From: a virus
Virus record (IMG/VR): IMGVR_UViG_3300025914_000009
Location: 1 to 64,000 of that record
DNA length: 64,000 nt
Direction: 5' to 3' (one strand)
In this document: positions 1 to 12,200 of the stretch, in pieces
How the letters are laid out: every line of letters begins with the position of its first letter
Numbering within the stretch: the first letter of the stretch is position 1
Program-made: the position numbers and the translations under genes
The notes under the pieces: generated by a model
Told to the model about the DNA's origin: nothing
Seen by the model: the letters and a program-made list of their open reading frames with translations, nothing else
The model's database searches: none

Positions 1-299
1 ATTTTGAGATCTTTACTAATGATCTGAGATGTCTGTAAAGCCCTTTTAGTGGGAGAGGTGTATACCACTTCCACACCTTCAGGTCTTAAATCTCTTTCCA
101 GAGCTTCTTTGGTTTCTCTATACCCCTCGGGGGTAATGGTTTCACCATTCTGACCACTATTTTTGCCTTCATTATCCTCTTGAGTAATTCCGTGTCTTAG
201 AAAAGCCATAGTTCTTGAGGTCTTTCCTCTCTGAGAAAACAGTTCTCTAAGCTCATCTTCTGTGTACCATTTACCTTTATATAGGTATTGACATGCCAT
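1..299 (-). CDS. Partial ORF (runs off window) with N-terminal histidine-phosphatase-like domain; probable virion cargo protein
   Basis: Manual translation from ATG 299 (TAATG overlap with the RNAP stop): MACQYLYKGKWYTEDELRELFSQRGKTSRTMAFLRHGITQEDNEGKNSGQNGETITPEGYRETKEALERDLRPEGVEVVYTSPTKRALQTSQIISKDLK; RHG and SPxxRAxQT motifs. Confidence 0.75.
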   Translation of the reverse strand, partial: MACQYLYKGKWYTEDELRELFSQRGKTSRTMAFLRHGITQEDNEGKNSGQNGETITPEGYRETKEALERDLRPEGVEVVYTSPTKRALQTSQIISKDLK

Positions 300-3200
300 T
301 AGTCGCAGTTTTTCTTTTGTAAACTATTTTTAAACTCCTCAAAGCTATCTATCTGCAAGAAAGGTGCTTGAGGAAGATCTGGTGGGTTACCATCATCATC
401 TTCATCTATGTCAGATTGCCCTGGTTCACCATCAAATCTATTTACTACATCAGCCACTACTTGCTCTGCAGCATTAGTTCTTATATCATCTTTTACTAAT
501 GCATAGAGTATCTGATCATCTGTAGCCTCAATTACCTTACCATTATCTGGCAGAACTGATTGACTTTGATCACTATAGAACTCTCTGATTCCACTATCTC
601 CCCAGGGGTTAATTTCAGTAAATAGCACCATATCTCTTCTATACTGTAAAGGTACTAAACCATTTACACCATATACATCTACTCTTCTGAAAAGTCTCAC
701 ACTTCTGCTAAGAATATTGCTGGTAGCCTTATCTCTGTCTACTTGTATTACCTTAATCACTTTTGCTCTTCTATATTGAGCAGCAGGTTGTTCAAGTAGC
801 GCTGGGGCTCTTCCTGTCTCAACACTCATTGCTTTGGCCAGATGTCCTGATACTGCTTCATTATAGAACCATGGGTAGTATGGTTCAGCATTCAGATCTT
901 CTATTTGCATACTCTCTCCAAGTTCAGGCTGCACCATAACTGCTGCAGGAACCAAGGTTGAATTGCTCCAGTTTCCTCTATATAGAGCCAGATTATCATA
1001 GAAATTATCTAATCTCATACTTCTGAGAGCATCTCTCACAATCTCAGAATATGTTTCACTAGGAATAAGATGGCTAAATGAACCTCTTCCTGATCTAGCT
1101 CCTCCCTGAATTAATGCAGTAAGAACCAATCTTCTATAGATTTGTGCCACAGATCTATTATCCTCAGCCCTGTCATTTATAGACACTATTACTCCAGCAT
1201 CATCCCTCAACTCCCTGAAAGAGTCTGTAAGAACGTTTGAGGTATAAGTATCATAGTCTCTCTCAAGCATTTGGATAGTAGAAGGAAATCCCTGTCTTCT
1301 ATCTAAAGTTGGCAATAATGCTTTTACCAAAGGATTTTCAGATAAAACTTTATCTCCCACTACTGCTACATGTCTTTTTAAAGCATCAAGATAGAAAGCT
1401 GTTGCTTTATTAGATAACAGAAGAGGTTGAATGTATGTATTTAGTGGTCTTCCTTCTACCAGAGCATTAGTCTGCACGGCATAGTCTACCAGAGAAAGCT
1501 CAGCTGTAAGCATTACTTGCTGCTTAACTGCTTCCCCTCCTCTCATTTTAAATACGTCTCTTGTAATAGCATTCAGAACTTGCCCAGCAGCCCCTGTTTG
1601 TACGTTGATAATAGACCTCAAACCTTCATCAAGATCCAGAATCTTGTCTCTCATTACTCCTATAAAGGTATCTCTCATCACCTTACTCACTGGGGTAATA
1701 CTCAAATCATTTGCTTTCTCGAACTTTAAGTTCTTGAGTCTCACTAAATTAGGATCATTCATTCTGGCTGTGTCCCAGTTATACCCCTGGTAGAAGTGGA
1801 ATAAGTCCCAGGCAAGTCCACTGTATCCAGTATACTTCCCTTTAGTTCTATCATAGCGTGAGAAGTCATCCAGGATCATCATCTGCAACTTCTTCTCATC
1901 TGCATTTAAGGAGGTAGGATCCTGTGCATATTTCCTAATCATTTCTTCCATTGCAGCTTTTGTATAATATCTAGGCTTATTTGCAATGTTTCTACCATTC
2001 TTACCTATTCCTCCAAATAGCTTATGTGTTTTGTTAAGAAGCTTGGAATCAGACTCATTTCTCACTTTAGGATTAATTTGAGATACTGAACTAGAGATGG
2101 CCTTTGTCTTCAAGAACTCTTGAATAGATGGTTGGTTCAGGTAAAGAATTGCCCACCATGGATCAGCACCCATTCTTACCAGTGTCAAGAAGGTAGAAAG
2201 AGTGTCCTTATTAATACCCATTTCTGCAAGGAATTTATCCTTAGCCACGTCCACCCCTCCATCAGTTGTCTGAGAGTTGATGTTGGAAATTAATCCTCCA
2301 TTCTCTTTATTTGTGCTCATTCCACTTAAGGAAATCTTACCATCTATGGTATTATGAGGAAAACGTGCTACTATATCTGGATCTTCAACAACCAAACCCC
2401 CCTCAAGGTTCTGGCCTATAGCATGAGCAGTCTGAGATACTGCAGAGATACCTACAACCTGTTTTGAGGCCATGTAGGCTTGTCTTTCCTTCATCATGAA
2501 TGTAGAGCTTAGCAGCTTTCCGTAATCCCCTAGGGGTGATGTAGATGTACCTTTCAGCTTCAACATTTCATTTCTGTAACCTTTTAGCTCAGAGGCATCA
2601 TTAGGTGCTATTAGTCTTGAATAGTTTTCGGGAAGAGCCAGTAAGTCCTGGATAGAGTCAAAATACTCATTTTCCAGAGTTTTCTGGTAATACATATCAA
2701 GTACATTATCCTGCCTGTTAGCCAGGAAGTCTTGTATAAGTCTCTCATTTTCAAACTCTTCTCCTACTCCTGGAACACTGTCAAATAATCCACCCTCCTC
2801 AAGATTCTCTGATTCCTCTGATATATACCTTTCCAGATCCTTTCTTATAGAAGTGGCTGGAATGCTTCTTTCCTGGATAAGCCCTGTCAGATATTCTTTA
2901 GTAGCCTGCTCAGAACCCTGATAGTTTAGTATTTTTGGAAGTCCAGTCTTGCCATCAATATAATAGTTACGTAGATAAACGTTTAATTTGTCAATGTCAA
3001 AGTCAGAACCTGCTTTTGCAGTAATTTCTGATGGTAGAACTACCACGTCTCCCATTTGCTCAGGAAGAAAATCTTTCACAACAAAGAAATCTACTGAGTT
3101 CAGACCTTGTGTAGGAATACGGAAACCTATACCAGAAAGGAGTTTCTTTCCTTCTTCAGTAGAGTTCAGGTACTTAATTACTTCTTCTTTAGTTTTACCA

Positions 3201-6200
3201 GATCCAGCTTCCATAATCTTCTTACCAAACCAGTAAGGAAGCATTATCTCACAAGCCTGAGTCCCATTTTCCCCATGAGTATAGAATTTCAGACGATCTG
3301 AAGTATACACAGGTTTTCCATTAACAGTTCTTTTTACCACCCTTGGGGCAGTTTCCATCCCTGTTACTGAAAGCATCGTCTTTTGACCTCCATTTACTTT
3401 AGGTCTGGTAATTGTCTTCTCTAGAATAGAGTAGATAATAGCACGGATCTTAGTATACTGAGGGTTAGCTTCGATAGGATTTGAGAAGTCTCTGGTTTCT
3501 GGAGAGATCTGAATAGCACTAGCTATATTTCTTGGCAGCTCTCTTCTTTCAAGTTCAGAAAGAATGAAGTCAGAAATCATCTTCTTGTCAGGTATTGTAA
3601 CACCTTCATCTCCAGATTCCATACCCAATCTTCTCATTGCCATAGTAGTTCTCACAGTTGTAAGATTTACCAGAGCATCATTATGTCTCTGTACCTTGCT
3701 ATAGATAGGAGAAGCAGCCATCTTTTGCTCTTTATCCAGACTGTTCCATGCCGCAAAAGCATCTTCTGCTGATCCATAAGCTTTTCCAAAGTCTATAGGA
3801 ACCCCATTTTCCATAAGGTCACCAATAGCTATTTTTCTCAGCTGAGACCCTTCAGTCTGACCTTTATCCTTCTTTGATTGCTCTACCTGAACTCCGATCT
3901 GCTTAAGGGGGATCATTTCAGGTTCCATAGTATCAAAAGCAGTACTATTCAGATCACCATTTTCTGCATAAAGACTAAATGAAGAAGCTTTCTGTATACC
4001 TACTTTATGAGCAGATTCCATTCTCACGTAGTCAATACCTCTTTTCTGCATTGCATCATAGAGCTTTCCAAGGTTCGATCCCTTATACCAGCGATAGAAT
4101 AAAGGTGCCCACGAGGCTTTATCCAGAGATACAATAGCTACATCATCCTTAGTCTGAATACCTGAGTGCATTAGCTTCAGAATAGGGAAAGCTACATCAG
4201 TATTTGGCTCTTCCTTTAATAAAGCCTCGTCATGTCTTCTTAACTCTTCTGAACTGTAAGTATACTTACCTTCTCTGGCTTTATCATTTCTTTCCCATGC
4301 CATTTCCCACTGGAACTGCTTTTCCTGAGCCTTTGTCCATCTACCTCCAGATTTCCACATCATTTCTCTATATGCCTGGATGCTCATATAGGCACCAGCA
4401 TCATCCTCATTACCTTCGGTGTATGGAGTAGCTCTATCTCCTAGTACTTCTCTAAGAGCATCTATTTCATTACTCTCATAAATTACATCATATGCAGTTA
4501 TTGTATTGAAATGATTCTTATGAGACTGATATCCAGGATCCCCAAGGGAAAGTTGAATATTACCAGCTTTATTAAGCTCACTATTAGCCCACTGATTGAA
4601 CCCTTCTGAGGTTCCTAAAGTGTCCACATGGGTATATTCCCTTCCTGATAGGAAGGATTTGATACGCTTTAATTCATCTTTGTACTGAGCAGGGTCTCCA
4701 AAGAAGAATTTATGCATTTCAATATTGTTCATCACATAGTTCATCTCTCTGAAAAGAAGTAATCTCTCCAGCTCAGTTCTTGAATAGTCATAGCTCTTAC
4801 CTAAAGTATTGTTTACTACTGTCTTATCAAATCCAAATAGAATAAATCTGTTCTCTGCAGTTGGGTGTATAACTCTCCAGTCGATAAGTTCATTGATAGT
4901 ATCCTGAACTTTCATTTCAGCATATTCTCTCATGTAAGCTCTCATCTGATCTGAACTTACAACATTACCCAGAGGTTCATTTCCATCAATCACTCTTCTA
5001 TTGATATCATCTACAATATCTTGTCTACCAATGCTTTGGAAGATATCTTTGAAAAATCTTAGAGACTTACCTACCACTCTATCTTCTCCTTTGGGTTTTC
5101 TATTAAGAGCATCTATGAACTTTCTATTTTCATAGTCTCTAGCCAGATCTACTTCTGTTTGAAGCCATTTATACATTTGTGACCCAAATGCAGTAACTTC
5201 ATTAGATCTTGTAGAGTCATCTCCAAAGAAACCATCAGCAGAAAGATAAGTGCCGAGGCGGAGAGCCCATTCAGTCTTAGCATCAGCAGGAAGTAAGGTA
5301 TAAAATACTCCATTCAAGTTATTGTTTATCTCATATAGCAGTCTTTCTGCTTGAGTCAGTTTTGAGGTTGAGGTGTTATTTCCATCCCAAGTTTCCCTAC
5401 CTTCAACCACACCTACCTGTACCTCTTTATTCCTATTCCCTTGGGGGTCAAAGATAATCTTGGTAAGTAGTAAGGAATCTTTATGGAAGATATCATCAAA
5501 GTAGCCATTATCTTGTCTACTGATGAAGTCATCTCTGTCATCAGCATTGTTTGCATCATTAACCATTGTTGACACAAAATTGTTCAGCACGAAGTTAGTT
5601 GTTGGCTGATTATCCAGGTTAGGGTGTTGAGATTGAGTATCTTCTCCTACCATATCATGGATATACATATTAGCTAACTTCTTAAGTCTTGTGCTAAAGT
5701 CCAGCTGCTTAGAAGATATTATAGGAACAGAAATGTTGTTATTAGCGGATCTATTAACTAGTGCTCGTATGCTATTTACTTCATCATTAAAGTTCGTTAG
5801 TTTAGATCCTGTGAGCTTCCTATAATCATCACGAGTTATATCAATACCAAGTCTGTTAAGAAAGTCTATATTATCCTTAACATTTACTATTGATTTTGAG
5901 AACAAGAATCTATTCTCTGCAGATGGTCTTACTGCAGAAGAACCCTTCACTCCAGCTACCCAAGTTGTAATAACCTGATCGACCTTTGAGTTTAACACTG
6001 TAGTATCAAAGTATGTATTCCTTTGATAGTCAGTGAATTGTCTGAAAAATGATGGTTTTTGCTTTGTTAAAGCATTCTCCCCTGAAAGGACTAGCCTAAC
6101 ATCAGCCTGAGTTTTCCCTTCAAATCCACTATCAAACTTCAACCTGCTCATCAGCTTTCTTACATTAGCATCAATGAGCTTTCTGGTAAGTGGATCCTCA

Positions 6201-9200
6201 GTCATGTTAGTCAGCTTAGCCCATATATCATAAATACCATTAATACCTGATACGTTGTGTAACAGATAGTTAAATAGCTTAGCATATTGAACCAGCTTAG
6301 GGAGCCTCATAGAAGAAGATTCTCTCTTGGATCTTACAGAGTCAGCAGCAGTCATTCCTGCTCTTGTAGCCTCTTTAACCCATTCAGAATCAGCTATACT
6401 AGCTATCAGCAGCTTCCATCTATTTGATGCATTGTTCTTTGCATCATATGTGAAGATATCCCTATCATACTCACTTTGATTCTTATTATCATCATCAAAA
6501 TCATCCTCATCTGCTATCTCTGTGTTACCTTCATCATCTGTTACAAACTCCACGTTGAATATCTTCAGATACCTTTCATGCTCTTTTACAAAAGATCCCC
6601 AGTTATCTTTTATTCTTCCCCAGATCTCTCTGATTGGTTCCAGCTCTCCAGCTATAGCTTCTCTCTCAGCATCACTAGTAGCCTCCATATAATCTCTCCC
6701 TATCTCAGCAAATAGAGTCCCTTCATCCTTTGCTTCATCTTCAAAGTAATCAGTGAATTTATCCTTTAGCCTGTCGTATATACTCTTTGCTGTTGTCTCA
6801 AAGTCATCCTCCAGCTGATCTATAATAGCTGCATTCTCACCGAAGATTTCTCCCAATAGTTCAGCAGTCATACCTTGAAGCATGTCCTGAACTATTCTTT
6901 CTGAGAAGTTCTCAAGTCCTGGTTCGCGATAATAACTAAACTCTGGTCTTTCCATAGGCCCCCTCAGGGAAGATGAATATTTTCTGTAATACCCATTATT
7001 CATCTTTTTGAAGAGCTCATTTCTCTTAGATGGATCTATTCCGAGAACCCATTTAATAAAGTCTAATAGCCTCTTAAAGAAGCTTCTTTGTTTAGGTTGC
7101 TCAGGTAGCTCTTCATTCATCTTATAGTTTCTGAACTCTTCAGCCAGTTGTTCTTTTGCTTCTTTTACAGTTGCATCAGAATAAGCTTTCTTCTCTCTAT
7201 TATATGTAGTGAAATCGCCCTTTCTTCCTGTAAACTCATCGTATAAGTCCTGCTGCTCCTTACCTGTAAGAAAATGATACCACACAGCTTCAAATGCCTC
7301 GTGGTAAGTTGTACCAATTTCAGCATTCTTATAGATATAGATCATATTATCTCTAAGAGCTCCCCATGCAAGACCTCCTTCAGTAGTTTTCAACATACCA
7401 TCAAGTATTTTAAACTTGAAGAAGTCAGGCAGAATTGATCTCACCTCAGCAAATTCAGCATTCAGATCGGCCTTAACATAACCCTTCCTTAGAGATTCAG
7501 CTCTTCTATATCTATCTGTTCCACGTTTGAAATCTCTACCTTTGAACTTGTCCTTTACGTCCTGGGTCTTATTAGAATTCGTATCATCCTGCTTGATCTG
7601 ATTTTGAGCGAATTTATTCATCAAAATCCTCTTAGCAACTTCTGGGCTTTTATAAGGAGTTATACTATTATCATCATTTACAGTTCCTATAGGCTCAATG
7701 TCAGTGATATTACCTTGAGCATCTCTTGTTAATACCTTGAATCCCAATTTCTTAATACCCATATCACCACCAAAGTTATGCTCGATATACTGAAGTGGTT
7801 CTTCTTGAGGAGCAGCCTCAGCCTCTGCTTTTGCTTCCTGTTCAGCTACTACTTCTGGAGGAGCCATCGGTTTAACTTCCTGCTCCTGAACACCTTGTTC
7901 CTTATTTTTTTTCTCTATATGCTCTATGAGAGCATCTACTGCTCCTGCAAGTTGAGATTTCTGAGCATCAGATAAATTAGTATCACTTAGATAAGCTTCC
8001 CTCAGGGAAAGCAAATTATCTATGGACATGCCAACTTTCTTTCCATCAGCAATAACTTTGGCTAAGGCAGCTTTAGCATCAGTAGCTGTAATGGCAGGAT
8101 TCTCTTCTACTCTTTTTTCCTCTGCAGTCTTTGGTTTCGTGAATTTTGAAGGGTCAAAATCAAAGCTTAGGATTTCAGAATACTTCTGAATAATAGGTCT
8201 TTCATTCCCCTGAGGGACTGCTATATTAGTAACTAGTGGTTCATTAGCCCTAGCCTTACCATCAGGAGTTCTATTTGATAAGAGGTAATAGTTATAATTC
8301 TTCCATCTATTAACAACTTCCACTTTACCATCATCTGCTTTAAGTTCTTGAAATTCAAGGTCATTTGCCTTGGGATCTCTGGCAATTCTTAGCAGTTCAC
8401 TATTCTTAATATTATGGTATGCCCCTTCAAGGAAGGTCATAATTCTATCCTTGTTGTCCTCCAGGGCTTGAGGAATTAGCTGAATAGCTTCTTTATTTGT
8501 ACCAAGATATAGGTTACCAAAATTGTCAATAGTAATAGAACTGGCTGTAGGAGCAATATTTTTCTCCGGGTTAGCCATATAGATTACCTTATGTAGGTAT
8601 TTAAAGAGTGGCCCAGATTCAACAGTTCTGTTTCTATCTGAGATAATCTTTAACATCTCAAAGATGTTCTTAGCTTCATCTTTTGTGAACTTTCTGGCAT
8701 TCAGATAGGTTAAATTACCTCCATAGTTTAGTAGTGGAGTTCCCAGTGGCATTGCTACACCCTGTTTGCTCGAAGCAATACCCTGACCTTCCTCATTGAA
8801 AGCCCCCATAACCGCTACATCCCCCAAGGTTGGCAGAGTGATAACAGGCTTATCCAGATCTCTTTCTCTTATGAGACCAGTTGTAATAACATTATTTCTT
8901 GAACCCTTATTTATAATATGAGGAATCCCTCTGCTAACTGCGAACTGGTAAGTTCTCTGCATAGCCCCCTCAGGGGTATTAATAGATAGAATGTTCTCTC
9001 TGGTTCCTCTCCACCAGTTTTTAGCAGCTTCTTCATCAATTCTATCTTTATTTGTATATCTATTTTCTGTTTCACCAGAAGAGTTTTGACGAGTAAGCTC
9101 TGTAGTAGCAAGTGTGGTGAAAATAGCCTCATTTGGATCTACTCTAGATCCAACCCTTCCCATTTTATCCCCTTTTGGACTTACAAAGAAGATACCCTGA

Positions 9201-12200
9201 TCACCATATTCAATAAGTTTATCTACCAGCTTTTCTCCTATCTGATCATCAGCTCCAGCAGCACTCTTGGCTTGTTCATAAAGATCTTGAATTGCCTGAT
9301 CAGGCATAGTTTTAGCCACTTCTTTAATATGATCAGGTAGTGTTTTACTTTTAGTGATAGCACTTAAAATAGCAGTTCTCTGTCTTTTTCTCTTGACAGG
9401 ATCTACTGTATCATCCACTACATAAACTGCCCTAATTGTAGACTCATCTGGATTTTTACCATCATCTTCTATGAAGCCCTCAGGGAAACCTAAAGCCTTA
9501 TATGTGTTGGCTGTGACTGGAATAATTCTCAGCTTAGGTTTATTATCCTGGTTAAATACATCTGGATCAGAAGATCCCATATCAAATAGGAAGTTCTGAT
9601 GTCTTCTATGAAAGTTATTGAAAGGAGAATCTTGTCTTGAATAAAGAGGATCAGTAGTTGAGAATAGGGCAGTTTTCAAATCTTTTTTCATTGCCCCTTC
9701 TTCACTCCTCTCTCCTCCTTCTACGGGAGGAGGAGGTGGAACATCTTCTGTAGAAGTATTCTTATCTACTTCCTCTTTAACCTCCTCTGCATTCTTGTCC
9801 TTAGCAAAGAAAGTTTCCTGAGGAACCTCAACAGAAGTACCATCAGCAGTTTGCACAACTACTTTACCATCAGGCTTTTGTTCAATTACAAAACCTTTAA
9901 TAGGATCTTTTCCTACCTCTACATTTACATAGTATTCTTTGTTAGGATCGAACTCCTTAACTGCTCCTGCTTTATCTTTAACTACAACAGATTTAGGAGG
10001 AGTTACCACAGTAGTCTCCTCTGGAGGAATGTTAGATTCTGGCGTAGGTGTAGGAGGAGTCTTATCTGAGTATCTATCTTGAGCAATATTAGCTTCCCTA
10101 AAGTACTTATTGAAACCTTCTTCGGTAGAAAGCTTATCAAATGCTTTATAGGCATCATCTCTGTACTTTCTTAATCTGTGTATATCTCTACCATATTGGA
10201 TTAGCTTTGGCAAAGCTTCCTGAGGAATATTCACATTACCAGTATCTTGTTGTCCATTTAAATGGAAGGTCAGAAGATTTTTGAAAGTACCCTCAAATCT
10301 CTTATCGGAGAAATTAGGATCTGATAGATAATTATTTATCAGTTGCACTTTAGTTTGCAGAGACTTAATTCTATTTCTGTCAGTTTCTGGATCTCCAGAG
10401 ACTTTCATATCCACAAGACCTTGTAACCCTTTGGCTTCTTGCTCAAGATTCTTAGCATAGTTCTGTAGATACTTCTTATCAGTGAAATTAGCTACATGAT
10501 ATTGATCCAGATTTGGATTTATAGTTCTTAAGTTGCTACTAATAGACTTGATTCTTGAATCTACATCTGTTGTAATAGATGCAAGGAATGTCAGACTATC
10601 TTTCCAATCTTCAAATGTCTTATGTTTTTGATCCTCCAGTGCAGCCTCAGGGGTAGCATTCTTGCCAGCTTTCTGGAAAGGATTGTTGAAGGTATCATTG
10701 ATCAGATCATAAGATTTCTTAATCTGTTGAGCCTTATCCATCAATGCATCTACATACTCTGAGGCAGTTTTCACATTCTCAGTAGTTTTGTCTAGACCAA
10801 ATGCCTTCTTGAACTCATCATTATCCATCTCCTTGAGCATCTTCAACTGCTCCATTCTTACATCAAATCTGCCAGCTTTGGCTCCAGATAAGATGAAGTT
10901 TACAAACTGCTCATGTTGAAAGTTCTTAAATTTGAATATATCATTAGTTCTAACAGCCTCTTTCATGTCCTCAGAGATTCTCTGAGCCGTAGCAGCTGTG
11001 TCATAATGGTTTTGCAGAACCCCTGTTACCCCTTGGGAGTTTAGAAGATTTAAAGTTGCAGAAACAAGCTGAGTATTCTTTTCTCTATCGAGGAACTGCT
11101 TTACTCCCCCAAACACAACTCCTGTGAGAGCTCCAAGAACCACATTTTCCAGACCTTCATCAGTAGAGAACTCATCATTTAAGCCTTTAACAACAGAGTG
11201 TACAATATTCTTTATCTGATCCCTCGAATCCCATGGAGTTTCATCTTTAGAGTAATTTGACTTAGCAAGCCCTTTATCATATAAATACTTTCTCTCATAG
11301 AAGTTTTCTACTCCTATTTGAGTGGCATACTGACCACCCTCTTCAAATACCCCCTCAGATAAAATAGCAGGTATCGTAGGTTTAATCTTCCCCCATATTC
11401 CCTTAGGGACTACTCTCTCAAAAGTATCCATGGTGCCTTTCTTCATACCAATAGCTGCACCTTCAGTCAATTCTTTCTCGACACTAGATCTGAACCCTGC
11501 CTTTGCTGCACTAAATGGCTTTAAGATGGAATCAAACTGGATTGCATTAGAAACACTTAGCAGAGCCATGTTTATACCAAATCTTAGGTTACCAGCAGCT
11601 CTTGCATATTTCTCTATTTGATCAAGATCCTCTCCTGTCGCAGAGTATCCTTTCTCTCTTTGATAGCTTTTCAGTAGATCTTCTCTTACAGTATTATATC
11701 CATCTCTGGCTTCCATTCCTGCCTCAGAGGCAGATGCACCATAAAGGTTCATAGCATACCTTGCTCCATTAGATACCTTGGTAGCAGCAGCAGCCTGTGC
11801 AAGATTTTTAAGATTAACAAGTTGCTCTTCAGTTCTACCTGCAGCTCTACCTAATTGTAGAAGCTCATCAGCTCTATTTGTTCCAGTAAATACTTTATTA
11901 AGCCACAAAGATGCTTTTCCAATCTGAGAGGCAACACCAGGAATTTCCCCAATACCTTCTGTAGCTGCTCCTATAATAGCATCTTGTGCTACTGCTGATC
12001 CAATAGCACCAACTGTGAATCCAAGGTTCTTAATGAACTTATCTCCCCAGAAGTTAGAGAATCCTCCAGAGAAAGGGACTGCTGACATGAAAGGGTGATC
12101 CCTTTGCCACTTTGTATAGTAGTTCGGGAAACTATCTTCCATATTCTTCAACCATGTATCTATGGAATTACCCATAGAATTATCATATGGATTTCCTGCT

